NCBI GenBank assembly: GCA_009927165.1 | Contig: RFNO01000117.1 | Coordinates: 14,468 to 78,467, forward strand | Direction: 5' to 3' | Source: Pseudomonadota bacterium | Lineage (GTDB): Bacteria > Bdellovibrionota > FAC87 > UBA2466 | DNA: 64,000 nucleotides | Shown: piece by piece, positions 18,763-28,708 of the stretch | Numbering within the stretch: position 1 is the first letter of the stretch | Layout of the letters: every line of letters begins with the position of its first letter | Notes under the pieces: generated by a model | What the model was told of the DNA's origin: nothing | The model's input: only the letters and a program-made list of their open reading frames with translations | Database searches by the model: none | Translations under genes and position numbers: made by a program

Positions 18763-20279
18763 AAATCCCATCCAAGCAAATGTTTAGGAATCAGGAACTC
18801 TCCGGATTCTCTTCCGCTCGGCTCTAACGTACTGAGCGGATAAGTGCACTGATAACCAGCAAATGACCCCATGGGTCTCCCATTGCCACTTTTCTTTAAT
18901 CCACTGATGGGCATCTTAAAACTGATTTGGGTAGTCGGCGTGTTCCAATGGACCATGCCCACTTTGGCTTCGCCCATAAACCGGTAGTATTTATCTTTAG
19001 ATGCAGTGTAAATAGAGGCTATCAATCCAAATTTAGTTTGATTATTAATTTCTAGAGCCTCATCTAGGTCATTAAAAGTGTAGAAAGCAATGTTAGGCCC
19101 AAAAAACTCTGAGTTCTGAAACAAACTTTTCGGATCTGCGCGATTAACAAGGTAAATCGACGGAGAAACATAATAACCCTTCTGGGGTCTCTCGAGCGGT
19201 TTTCCCCGCATGATTTCCTCACAGCCTTCGCGAGTTGCGATCCCCTGGTATCTCAAATAATCTTCCACGGCCGTCTCACTTATCAGGGGTCCCATGAAAA
19301 CTGTGTTTTCTCCTGCTTCTAGCCCATATCCGATCATGCATTTTTTGGATAGTCGGTGAAAGTCCTTCATAAAGCGATCAAAAATGCCTTTTTGAACTAA
19401 AACTCTACTGGTGGAAGTGTAACGTTGACCCGCAGTGAGATAGGAAGAAACGAGAATATCACTTAAAGCCATTTCGTAATAGCAATCATCTAAAACTATC
19501 GAAGCATTTTTCCCGCCACTTTGAATGAGCTGAATTTTCCAATAATCCATTAAAAGTTGTTTTTGGATGGCAACACTGGTTTCTGGAGTCCCGGTGAAAA
19601 AGACGCCGTCAATATCCGGATGCCCTGTTAAACGGCTAGCAATGGAACCATCACCTTGAATAAAGTTAAAACAACCCGCTGGTAGTCCTGATTCGTGAGC
19701 ACACTCGGCAAGAGCTTGGCCCAAAGCAGGAGCATGTTTAGTTGTTTTGATGATGACCGTATTTCCGTTAAGAAGCGCAGGAATAAAATGATGATGAATT
19801 GATATTAGGGGAAGAACCGACTGAGAGACAATTGCAAGTACCCCCAGCGGAAAGTACCTGATAACACCGTCAACACCTGGAACAGCTTCGGGAACCGGTG
19901 TTTCTGCACTGGTTTGGCTTCCTAATTGTAAAAAATGGTCAATTAGGATTAGGCACTCGGCAACTTCTTGCTTGGACTCCCAAAGCGGCTTTCCCAATTC
20001 CAAAGAGTTTAAATAGGCTAGCTCTTCGCGTTTTGTAGCAACTACTTCTCGGTAACGTTGGATTGAGGTGTAGCGTTCCTGGAGAGAAAGTCGTTTCCAA
20101 ACAGAAAAACCCCGTCTTGCAGAACTGATGGCTTCTACAACATGTGAGTTGGAAAAAGGAAATTCGATAGATTTTTGATCAAGGTTACCGGGATTTCGGC
20201 TAAAAATAGAACCATTAGATTCCTGGACTTTTACAAAGTGACCTCCGAAGTAATTTCCCCTGTATTGTCGGTCTTTCAT
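18759..20279 (-). CDS. AstD-like aldehyde dehydrogenase family protein, probably catalytically inactive
   Basis: ALDH fold motifs (GNTV, FTG, GGKN, EFFGP, KKSGNG), but GQRY replaces GQRC and IQSGGK replaces LEMGGK. Confidence 0.8.
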   Translation of the reverse strand: MKDRQYRGNYFGGHFVKVQESNGSIFSRNPGNLDQKSIEFPFSNSHVVEAISSARRGFSVWKRLSLQERYTSIQRYREVVATKREELAYLNSLELGKPLWESKQEVAECLILIDHFLQLGSQTSAETPVPEAVPGVDGVIRYFPLGVLAIVSQSVLPLISIHHHFIPALLNGNTVIIKTTKHAPALGQALAECAHESGLPAGCFNFIQGDGSIASRLTGHPDIDGVFFTGTPETSVAIQKQLLMDYWKIQLIQSGGKNASIVLDDCYYEMALSDILVSSYLTAGQRYTSTSRVLVQKGIFDRFMKDFHRLSKKCMIGYGLEAGENTVFMGPLISETAVEDYLRYQGIATREGCEEIMRGKPLERPQKGYYVSPSIYLVNRADPKSLFQNSEFFGPNIAFYTFNDLDEALEINNQTKFGLIASIYTASKDKYYRFMGEAKVGMVHWNTPTTQISFKMPISGLKKSGNGRPMGSFAGYQCTYPLSTLEPSGRESGEFLIPKHLLGWDL

Positions 20280-20300
20280 GCAGAAACCCTTTTTTGATGA

Positions 20301-21335
20301 TTAAGATTCCAGGGGAAGCGTATAGATATCTGCTCCCCCGTCTAATTCTAGCAGTTCCGAGGCCGTTTTGGGCAAAAGAACCTTACCCCGGAATAATTCA
20401 AATGGAGTCTGCAGACAACGAAACTCACCATTTTCAAAACGACTCGCAAGAGCTCGCACCGCCAACCGGCTTTTTAGTGTGTCTCTATGGAGATGGTATT
20501 TTTTAGTCTGATTTACTAAAGTGATTTTATCAGTGTCTGCCCAAAAGTGGGGGCCTCCATCGAAAGGATCAATGTGTTCTTTCCACTTAAATCCAATTTT
20601 CTCAAGCATGTGTTTAACAGGCTCAGTGTCTGGGCCCACTTTGCCAATAGCATCCCGCGCCTCCCCGGAAAGTAAAACAGTGTAAATGTCTCCGCGAGGA
20701 AACAGAGAAGTAATAAATTCTTTGTTTTTTCGAGAGAGCAGGTCCGCATCTTGATAAGACAAGTTTGTGAAACGACGTCCTAGCGCTTCCCATAGCAAAC
20801 TTTCCCCATTTTCTGACAAAGGAGGCATCAATTCCGATAGCACTCGGTCTTTAAACCACCGTCTTTTCATTTTGATGAAAGCGAATCGCGAGAACGAAAG
20901 AATTCTACCCAATTTTAACTTGTGGCCACGATAGCTCGGGTCAATGACGAGGCCTCCAATTTCAGTGGGACCGTCCGACTCGAATTTCAGGCTAAGTACT
21001 TTGTGAATAAAACCGGCGTGAATAGTTTCACTGTATTTCTGCTTTTCTTTCAGTTCAAAATACATGTGGGGACTATCGGGACTACCATGGCGAGCAATAA
21101 TCATTGAAGTACCGATGACTTTTCCATTGGATAAGTCTTCCATGACAAAAATGTATTCTCGGTCAAATTTGTCAGTGATGGTTCCTTTGAACGAGTCTAC
21201 TGACTTTTTAATTTTTTCTTTCAGGAGGTCACGATTATTGGGCAAGTTGATGAAGTAAACCAATCCACTGAGCCGTTCGAGCTCATCAAGGTCTTGCTCT
21301 CTCACACTTCTTACTAGGAAATTAAATTCGGTCAT
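20301..21335 (-). CDS. astA: Arginine N-succinyltransferase family protein
   Basis: INLP, GPTEIGGL, LSFSRF, DLLS, FITSLFP, IDPFDGGP. Confidence 0.85.
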   Translation of the reverse strand: MTEFNFLVRSVREQDLDELERLSGLVYFINLPNNRDLLKEKIKKSVDSFKGTITDKFDREYIFVMEDLSNGKVIGTSMIIARHGSPDSPHMYFELKEKQKYSETIHAGFIHKVLSLKFESDGPTEIGGLVIDPSYRGHKLKLGRILSFSRFAFIKMKRRWFKDRVLSELMPPLSENGESLLWEALGRRFTNLSYQDADLLSRKNKEFITSLFPRGDIYTVLLSGEARDAIGKVGPDTEPVKHMLEKIGFKWKEHIDPFDGGPHFWADTDKITLVNQTKKYHLHRDTLKSRLAVRALASRFENGEFRCLQTPFELFRGKVLLPKTASELLELDGGADIYTLPLES

Positions 21336-22627
21336 AAAGTGCCTCCCTGAGTTTTGAGAAGGGTAGAGTAAAACTTAGTTGCTACCTCCATTTGCTTTAG
21401 CGAATTGTACTCATTGGGCCGGTGCGCATTTCCTACGCTGATGCCAGGACCAAAAACAATCGCACTGGCTCCATTCGCTTGATAAATAGCTGCTTCCGTC
21501 GATGTCGCTTTGGTTTTGAGTACCGGTTTTACACCGCATTGCTTGAGACTTTGTGACGCCAAGACCAGAAAACGACTGTTTTTTTGTCCTTTCAATGAAG
21601 CATCTGAAGTGACACCTGTTACTTTAGCGCCCAATTTGGTGATCTCATCGCGAATCTTTTTTTCCAATCGGCTTTGGTCCACGTCTGGGAGAGTGCGAAC
21701 GTCAAACGTAAATTCAATCCGGTCGTGGAAGGAAGCTGCCATATTTAAACTAAGGCAAGTATAAGAAGGGGAAAAACGAGGATCCTTTCTTTGCTTAAAT
21801 TGCCGCTTTAGTTCTTCTAAAAATTGTAAAAATGAAAAAATGAGCTTGGCCGTAGAATTTTGACCGGAAATCAGTGTTGCTTCGCAACTGTCCGGTATTT
21901 TGTTGAAGTTAGTTCCCGCTTGCAAAGAGACCACTCCATATCCTCGTTTGAAAATATCGGTTAGCCCTTTGAGAAGCGCATTGTCCCCGAGGTCTGGAGT
22001 GGAGCTGTGGGCTGATAACCCCCTCCATTTCTTTTGACTGGTGGGGATTCCTTTGCCCTCTGGTTTGCAGGGAATAGAAACGGTGAAAATCAGGTGTCCT
22101 TTGTGAGCGTAAATTAACTCAAGATTCGAGGGTTCACCCACTAACGCATATTTGGGTTTAATCTTTTTGGTTTTGAATAAATGCTGAACGCCTACAAGCC
22201 CGCGTTCTTCCCCGTAGGTTCCTATCAAAGCAAAAGGGCGCTTCCAGGGCCGAGCCAACCGACAAGCCCAAATCTTGCACAGAAAATCCAATTTCACATC
22301 GGCACTTCCCAAGCCGTAGATTCGATCTCTCACCCGAGTTGCCTTAAAGGGATCTCCACCCGTTTTGGTCCATTGCTCGGGAGATCCCGCATCAACCGTA
22401 TCTAAGTGAGTGTTCAATGCGAGAAGGTCAGGAGTATCAAGATCATGGCTAAAAGCGATTAAGTTTTTGAAAATCACCCCATTTTCAGTAACTTTTTGTT
22501 CTTCAACTTTGAGTCCGGAGTCAGTCAGCAGCGGAACCAAAAAGCGCACGAGATCCTCGTTAGTTTGATAGGTCGTCGAATTAATGCGGATTGCTTTTTC
22601 AATCCAATCCATTGGAGGTAACTTCAT
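21332..22627 (-). CDS. M20 family metallo-amidohydrolase (ArgE/DapE-like desuccinylase or deacetylase)
   Basis: HLDTV, GLGSADVK, EE, GEP, AHSSTP, AHRPNE. Confidence 0.85.
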   Translation of the reverse strand: MKLPPMDWIEKAIRINSTTYQTNEDLVRFLVPLLTDSGLKVEEQKVTENGVIFKNLIAFSHDLDTPDLLALNTHLDTVDAGSPEQWTKTGGDPFKATRVRDRIYGLGSADVKLDFLCKIWACRLARPWKRPFALIGTYGEERGLVGVQHLFKTKKIKPKYALVGEPSNLELIYAHKGHLIFTVSIPCKPEGKGIPTSQKKWRGLSAHSSTPDLGDNALLKGLTDIFKRGYGVVSLQAGTNFNKIPDSCEATLISGQNSTAKLIFSFLQFLEELKRQFKQRKDPRFSPSYTCLSLNMAASFHDRIEFTFDVRTLPDVDQSRLEKKIRDEITKLGAKVTGVTSDASLKGQKNSRFLVLASQSLKQCGVKPVLKTKATSTEAAIYQANGASAIVFGPGISVGNAHRPNEYNSLKQMEVATKFYSTLLKTQGGTL

Positions 22628-22799
22628 GCGTGGTCCTGTAACAAGTGGGAGAAACACTAGCCTTGACGGGTCTTTGGTGTCAACGAGGACACCGTTTTAA
22701 AAAGCTTTCAAAACAGACTGTAAATGCTTGAAATAATTCAACAAAAAATGATATCGCTTGAGTTGCTGGAGTAACTCTGATAAAACCCTCGTGATTTTG

Positions 22800-22852
22800 T
22801 GACCCTTGAATTATCGCGGCTTTGAGGGCAAGGCCCGAAAATTCAGAGGTCA
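22800..22852 (+). promoter_or_regulatory. Long hairpin in the rnc leader (rncO-like)
   Basis: TGACCCTTGAATT pairs with AATTCAGAGGTCA and continues with TCG/CGA and GGCTTT/AAGGCC; ~30 nt upstream of rnc. Confidence 0.55.
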
Positions 22853-22882
22853 AACCCAAAGAGGTTTGTTCTGAGTTCGTTA

Positions 22883-23608
22883 ATGCCTAAAGATTTAGCG
22901 AGTTTTCTCACCCCAGAACTGCTCCGGCAAATTGAGGAGCAGCTAAACCACCAGTTCAACCACAGAGACTTTTTGCTTGAAGCTCTTGTGCATTCCTCTT
23001 TTGGAAATGAAAAGGGCGCTGAAAAGGATAATGAGCGTTTAGAGTTTTTGGGAGATGCAGTTATTGGGCTGGTGATTGGAGAAGAGCTTTGGAGGCGATT
23101 TTCCAGCTCATCCGAAGGACTCTTATCGCGTTGGCGCAGTCAGTTGGTAAGTAGAAAGAGTTTAGCCGATTTAGCTGTTCAAGTGGGAATGGGTGATTGG
23201 GTTCTTTTGGGGCGAGGAGAAAAAAGAACTGGCGGGTCTGAAAAGCAGAGTATTTTGGCGGGGGTATTTGAAGCCGTAGTTGGTGCTTTGTACTTAGATG
23301 GTGGGCTTGAAAAAACACGAAGTTTTTTATTGAGAGTGTTTACGCAGTCTATTCAAAACATTTTTGTCGACGATGTTAGTTATCGAAAAGAATTGGACCA
23401 AAAAACGTTCCTCCAAGAAATTACACAATCAAAACATCGTTCTATTCCCCTTTACCGTGTAGTCGACGTATGGGGGCTCGAGCATGAAAAGAATTTCAAA
23501 GTCGAAATTGAAATTGAAGGAGTAGTTGTTGCGGCTGGTGAAGGCAGAAGCAAAAAAGAGGCGGAGCAGCGAGCTGCAAAAAAAGCCCTAGAAAGTTACG
23601 GTGTGTGA
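22883..23608 (+). CDS. rnc: Ribonuclease III
   Basis: NERLEFLGDAV signature and C-terminal dsRBD (GRSKKEAEQRAA). Confidence 0.97.
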   Translation: MPKDLASFLTPELLRQIEEQLNHQFNHRDFLLEALVHSSFGNEKGAEKDNERLEFLGDAVIGLVIGEELWRRFSSSSEGLLSRWRSQLVSRKSLADLAVQVGMGDWVLLGRGEKRTGGSEKQSILAGVFEAVVGALYLDGGLEKTRSFLLRVFTQSIQNIFVDDVSYRKELDQKTFLQEITQSKHRSIPLYRVVDVWGLEHEKNFKVEIEIEGVVVAAGEGRSKKEAEQRAAKKALESYGV

Positions 23609-23611
23609 TCT

Positions 23612-24538
23612 ATGTCTGAAACAAAGAAAAAAAACATAAGTGGATTTATTGGGATTGTTGGGCCTACAAATTCAGGAAAATCTACCCTCTTGAATGCCTT
23701 AGTAGGGAGAAAAATTAGTATCGTTTCATCAAAAGTGCAAACAACTTATCGCGGTGTCAGTGGAATTCTTAACTCCGGTGATGGACAATTCGTTTTTACG
23801 GATACTCCTGGATATCAGCGTCATCCAGAACGAGTAGCGCAGCTGTTAAACCTGGTTGCTGACCAAAAAGCTTCTGGATGTGATGCCGTTCTGTGGGTTT
23901 TTGATGCATCTTCCATTCGAGTGTTTGATCAAATCCTCAAGCTAAAAGAAAAGATCAAAAATTTAAAACGACAAGACCTCTCTTTTTGTGTGTTAAACAA
24001 AGTTGATAAGATTGATAAACTAAAACTCCTCCCTCTGATTCAATCTGTGTGGGAATTGGGACTTTTTAAAGAAGTTGTCCCTGTGTCTGCAAAGAAGAGT
24101 AGTGGCGTAGATAGATTGGTAAATATTCTCAATCCGGTGCTCCCTGAAGGGGAAAAGTTCTATCCTGAAGATTCAATTAGCGATAGAAATACGGATTTTC
24201 ACTTGAGTGAGTTCATTAGAGAAAAGATTTATCAAGCTACTCACCAGGAAGTTCCTTACTCCTCTTGGATTGAAATACAAAGATGGGCGACAACAGCAAC
24301 TGAGCAACCAAAGTCCAAGGTTGAAACTATCCACGCTACAATTCATGTGGATTCAGACTCCCGAAAAGGAATCCTGATCGGGAAAAAGGGTGAAATGCTA
24401 AAGAAAATAGGCACGGAGGCCAGGAAAGATATCGAAATGTTTCTTGGAAAACATATCTGTTTAAAACTCCACGTGGATGTTCAGCCCAAGTGGAAAGAAG
24501 ATGCACGGTTTTTAAATCGCTATTTGGAGCTTGAATAA
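23612..24538 (+). CDS. era: GTPase Era
   Basis: GPTNSGKS, DTPG, NKVD, IREKI, EVPY, GILIGKKG. Confidence 0.95.
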   Translation: MSETKKKNISGFIGIVGPTNSGKSTLLNALVGRKISIVSSKVQTTYRGVSGILNSGDGQFVFTDTPGYQRHPERVAQLLNLVADQKASGCDAVLWVFDASSIRVFDQILKLKEKIKNLKRQDLSFCVLNKVDKIDKLKLLPLIQSVWELGLFKEVVPVSAKKSSGVDRLVNILNPVLPEGEKFYPEDSISDRNTDFHLSEFIREKIYQATHQEVPYSSWIEIQRWATTATEQPKSKVETIHATIHVDSDSRKGILIGKKGEMLKKIGTEARKDIEMFLGKHICLKLHVDVQPKWKEDARFLNRYLELE

Positions 24539-25839
24539 TGGAGTCAATTGTTCTCACAGGAAGACCTAACGTAGGAAAGTCCAGTCTGTATAACGCCTTG
24601 CTGGGCTACCGGAGAGCTATTGTTTTAGACATGCCTGGTACCACGATGGATTTGGTTCGTGAGAAATTGGAATGGGCTCCAGCTATGGTGATCGATAGCC
24701 AGGGTATTTTTGATGAGGGTGATACTCAGACTCTCCAAGAAATTATAAAAGCTGCTTCTATTTTTCTTTTTGTTGTCGATGCACAAGTAGGAGTAACCCC
24801 CTTTGACCGTTGGCTTGCTAGAGAAGTTCACATTGCCAAAAAGCCGACACTTTTAGTGATCAATAAGTGTGATGGTCATGGACGAAGCTATGAAGAGGAA
24901 TTTTCAGAGCTTGGATTTTCTGAGAGTTTAGAAGTGTCGGCAGCACACCGTCGGGGAATTACGGATCTTAAATCATGGTGTCGTCGACAGTTAGGGGTGC
25001 CGGAGTTTTCTGAAGAGATCATTGAAGCAAGCGAAGATAACGAGGAAGAGAAGGCGCCAATCAAATTAGCGCTCATAGGCAGACCCAATTCCGGAAAATC
25101 AACTTTAATGAACAAGCTCTGTCGCCAAAGAGTGTCGAGAGTCAGTCCCATTGCGCACACGACTAGGGACCCCGTAAGCTTCGAGATTGAGTCAAGCAAG
25201 GGAAAAATCCGAATTGTCGATACTGCAGGCATCCGTCGTCCGCGAAGCCTAAAAGAATCTGTAGAGCAATTCTCTATTCATGCTTCTACACGTACGCTAA
25301 AAGAAGCTGATGTAGTGTTTTTGTTAATCAATTGTAGTGAAGCGATTACGGATCAAGATATGAGGCTGCTATCGTTGATCGAACGAGAAAAGAAGCCGAC
25401 GGTAGTATTACTAAACTTTTGGGACCGACTTTCCGGTACTGAGAGAAGACACTTTGTTGAAAATTCAGATTTTGCAAACTATCTGAAAAATTTTAAAACA
25501 ATACCGGTTAGCGGAAAGACCGGCTGGAATATTGATCGGTTAATGTCTCAGGTATATAAACTTCACGAACAATCTACAAAACGAGTAAAGACCTCAGACC
25601 TTAATCGCTTTGTAAAGGATGTGGTTAGTAAAAACCCGCCTCCAGCGGCCGGAAATGGAAATTTCAATATTTTGTATGCTAGCCAGGTTAAGAAAAGTCC
25701 TCCTACGTTTGTTTTCTTCATGAATCGCAAAGGGAATCTACCGGAAAGTTATCAACGGTATCTTGAAAATCAGATCAAAAGCAGACTTGGCTTCAAGAGC
25801 CAACCCGTAAGAATTTATTTCCGGGCTGGCGAGCGATAG
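24538..25839 (+). CDS. der: Ribosome biogenesis GTPase Der (EngA)
   Basis: Two G domains (GRPNVGKS, GRPNSGKS) and a KH-like C-terminus. Confidence 0.95.
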   Translation: MESIVLTGRPNVGKSSLYNALLGYRRAIVLDMPGTTMDLVREKLEWAPAMVIDSQGIFDEGDTQTLQEIIKAASIFLFVVDAQVGVTPFDRWLAREVHIAKKPTLLVINKCDGHGRSYEEEFSELGFSESLEVSAAHRRGITDLKSWCRRQLGVPEFSEEIIEASEDNEEEKAPIKLALIGRPNSGKSTLMNKLCRQRVSRVSPIAHTTRDPVSFEIESSKGKIRIVDTAGIRRPRSLKESVEQFSIHASTRTLKEADVVFLLINCSEAITDQDMRLLSLIEREKKPTVVLLNFWDRLSGTERRHFVENSDFANYLKNFKTIPVSGKTGWNIDRLMSQVYKLHEQSTKRVKTSDLNRFVKDVVSKNPPPAAGNGNFNILYASQVKKSPPTFVFFMNRKGNLPESYQRYLENQIKSRLGFKSQPVRIYFRAGER

Positions 25840-25954
25840 CCCCAATAATGCTCGGCGTTTAATGCAGCTGCGTCCCGGCAAAAAGCGGCTGTGGATAAAA
25901 TTTTGAAAATCTCGTCCTTTGTTTTGATAAGATAAAGCTACTCTTTTTCACTCC

Positions 25955-27109
25955 ATGGACCAAACCACACACAAAAAGCAAGTTATCCGGCCCGAGCTGC
26001 TCCAATCGATCCAATCTCGTTGGGAACGAGCCCTTCCCGCCTTAAAGGAAAGAGGTCATGTTATTTTTATTAGCGACCGGTATCGATTTTGGGATGCACC
26101 CGGTTTTGTTCAGCAAAGTCTGGCGAGAGTCCTTGTTGAGAATGGAATACAAGTAACCTGGTTGGACGGAATGAGTTGGAAGCGTTCCTATCCGGCTATT
26201 CCTGAAAAATCCCCTCTTTTAATGGTGTCCCAATTGAAGTGCTTGCCGGGTAGAAGATGGCGATTCATCGAAGAAGCAAGCATAAGTTGGCAAGCCCATC
26301 AGATCAAATCGTTGTGCAGGAAAGAAAGGCCGATTATTTGGGTTCAAGGAAGTTTAGATGACAGAATTTCCGAACGATTAGATTCAGTAGATGTATTTTC
26401 AGTGTTTGATGATCCTTTATTAAATACTCCGGGTAATCCACTCTGCGAAAAAGCAAAGCTGATCGTGAGTCAAAATGCGTTTGCAGATAATATTTTCCAT
26501 GAAAGGTATCCCCAAAAAGCCCATATTTTTTTACCACCGGTTGAATTGAGTGAGCGAGTTTTTGCGAAGTCAAAGCAAGAGATGCTTCTGCCTCCCGGTT
26601 TTCCCCAACAAGTCATGGGATATTTAGGGGCGTTTTTTCCTGAGGGTTTTGACTTTGAAATCCTTCGCTACTTGATTACTTCCCTACCTGCCTGGGGATT
26701 TTTAATGGTGGGAAGAACCAATGAGGAAGGGGAAAAAATCTTGTGGGAGCTCAAAAAGTTCCCTAATTTTTGCCACCATCCCTGGATTGCTAGAGAACAG
26801 CTGCCCAATGTTTGGAGCTTACTGGATGTAAATCTGATGCTGTATCGGCCCCACGCAACTAATTCAGGAGCTTTTCCTGTCAAACTTCTGGAAGCTCTTT
26901 ATTTTGGTATTCCATCTGTGGCGACTAAAGTGCCCAAAACTTCAAGTTTAGAGGGGGTAATTCCTTTGAGTTCTTTTCCCGATCAAATAAAAGATTTGGC
27001 TTTAAGTGAATATAAATTCCCCAAAGATCGTTCGGCTACTTTTGAAAATTTATTTTATGAAATGCATCCGAAAATTCATTTAGCTAAAATCTCTGAATTA
27101 ATCGGCTAA
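25955..27109 (+). CDS. GT-B glycosyltransferase (TuaH/GT4-like)
   Basis: MGYLGA, LMVG, FPVKLLEALYFGIPSVAT. Confidence 0.7.
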   Translation: MDQTTHKKQVIRPELLQSIQSRWERALPALKERGHVIFISDRYRFWDAPGFVQQSLARVLVENGIQVTWLDGMSWKRSYPAIPEKSPLLMVSQLKCLPGRRWRFIEEASISWQAHQIKSLCRKERPIIWVQGSLDDRISERLDSVDVFSVFDDPLLNTPGNPLCEKAKLIVSQNAFADNIFHERYPQKAHIFLPPVELSERVFAKSKQEMLLPPGFPQQVMGYLGAFFPEGFDFEILRYLITSLPAWGFLMVGRTNEEGEKILWELKKFPNFCHHPWIAREQLPNVWSLLDVNLMLYRPHATNSGAFPVKLLEALYFGIPSVATKVPKTSSLEGVIPLSSFPDQIKDLALSEYKFPKDRSATFENLFYEMHPKIHLAKISELIG

Positions 27110-28126
27110 ATGAATTTTACTTAACATCATTTTGATTCGGTCTTGATAAGTGTGATTGCCACGTTGAACTCGATCAAATCCTTTTGCAGCAATTTTCTTC
27201 CGCTCTCCCAGATGAGCTTTATAGTAAGTTACTTTATCTTTGAGCTCGTCCAAGGAATCAAAACAAACAATTTCCTTGTCCTCATCAAAGTAGCTTAAAA
27301 TTTCTTCATTTCTCGGTGCAATTTGCAAAGTTCCACATGCCGGGATTTCAAAAGTCCGTTGTGTATGACGATCTTCTGCTTCCTCTCGTAAAAGACCAAG
27401 AGCGATTTCACTGTGACTTATTACGTCTGCAAAGTCGGGATGGTAAATTGCATGAGGAACAATATGGTCTCGATACTTTCGATAATTTCGATATTTTGTC
27501 CAGCGGTCGCCCCACACGTAGAGTTGTTCCCAACCAACAGCATTAAGAAATTTATCTCGTGAGCGATCATATGTTCCTACGAAAGTTACCTGAAATGATT
27601 TGCCTCCAAGTTTGCTTTCGTTTGCAGATAGAGGCCGATGTACTTGGGGCTCGAAAGCAGAGGGAATATAAAAAGATAGGGGTTGTCCTAACATTTTGTA
27701 TCGTTGGAGATTTTGGGACTTGGTCGTGAATACGCAGTCGTAAAGTGAGAGAGTATCAAAAAAATCACTTGGCTTGAGAATGCCATCGGAAAAGTTATTG
27801 TCATGAGAATGATAAATCAGCTTAGGTGGGCAGGGTAAAGACCGCAATTCTTGGAGTAAGTCACTGGATAAAAAGTTTTCTGCCAAATTCAAAACCAGTT
27901 CAATGTTCAGTTCCTGACATTTGCGAAGCACGAACTCTGAACAAGCATCAATTTTTTTTTTTAGGGGATGGTGATTCCAACGGATCAAAAAAGATTCCCA
28001 AACATGCTCAGAAGCAAACATGCCTGGATCCCAACGAAATACTTCGTGTCCCAAAGCTTCGGCCGCATTTGCGTAAAAGGAAGAGCAAGCATTGGGGGAG
28101 AGGCTACCCAAATAGAGAATTCGCAT
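27098..28126 (-). CDS. CgeB-family glycosyltransferase
   Basis: VTFVGT, RTFEIPACG, HTYQDR. Confidence 0.8.
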   Translation of the reverse strand: MRILYLGSLSPNACSSFYANAAEALGHEVFRWDPGMFASEHVWESFLIRWNHHPLKKKIDACSEFVLRKCQELNIELVLNLAENFLSSDLLQELRSLPCPPKLIYHSHDNNFSDGILKPSDFFDTLSLYDCVFTTKSQNLQRYKMLGQPLSFYIPSAFEPQVHRPLSANESKLGGKSFQVTFVGTYDRSRDKFLNAVGWEQLYVWGDRWTKYRNYRKYRDHIVPHAIYHPDFADVISHSEIALGLLREEAEDRHTQRTFEIPACGTLQIAPRNEEILSYFDEDKEIVCFDSLDELKDKVTYYKAHLGERKKIAAKGFDRVQRGNHTYQDRIKMMLSKIHLAD

Positions 28127-28350
28127 AGAAAAATTATAGACGAATCTGGGGCCCGACCCTAATTGTGTTCGGTAACGGCCGTAGTTTGTTGCACCGTCTA
28201 ACAAATTGACAGTTGTTTAGCGTGTGAACAAACGGGAGATTGAATTTTGAGCATGGCGGAAAAAGACTGTAAATACAAATACTTGAAATCAGGAGACTGA
28301 ATGCCATTAGTCTACACAAGACGAGTGGCATTTCCTTGCAATTTGTAAAG

Positions 28351-28705
28351 TGCGGCTGAGGAAACTTGGCTAGGAGGCAGTCTCAGGAATGCTACAAAGA
28401 TGGGTTCGGGACAACTAATTCGAAATTGCAAATCGGGAGACCATGAGTCGGGAGGAAACAGGTTTTAGTTTGAGAGAAGATTTACTCAGACTTGAGGCCA
28501 TTAGGGGGAACTAAGATCCGGTGTGAACGAGGACTTGCTGGTGTGAAACCGGGTCCCATTTTTTCTAGAGCTGAAGGGGTTTCGCTCTAGGATAAACGGT
28601 CTGCTTAAAGACAGCAGGCACGGGGGTACTCAACAAGTATCTTCGTGGTACCACTACTCCTCTCTCGCCCGCCGCTTTCAATTGTGAAGGCGGCGAGGTT
28701 TTTTT
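28351..28705 (+). ncRNA. Putative structured non-coding RNA, family not recognised
   Basis: Intergenic region with no long ORF; many hairpins whose G-U pairs favour the + strand; 10 GGA in 28360-28592; ends in a terminator. Confidence 0.6.
28670..28705 (+). terminator. Intrinsic terminator 1
   Basis: CGCCGCTTTC/GAAGGCGGCG stem followed by a T run. Confidence 0.8.
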
Positions 28706-28708
28706 AAG

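Noticed and set aside
28326-28340. sigma54 promoter TGGCATTTCCTTGCA
   Set aside because: The GG-GC spacing is 9 rather than 10, so it is not listed as a feature and is mentioned only as a caveated lead.
28350-28705. Group II intron (starts GTGCG), tmRNA (AATTGCAAAT resume-like sequence) or T-box (GTGGTACC before a terminator)
   Set aside because: There is no domain V and no host gene. There are no tRNA-like ends or ALAA-type tag. GTGG is largely inside another hairpin, no antiterminator pairing forms, and the downstream gene is a kinase.
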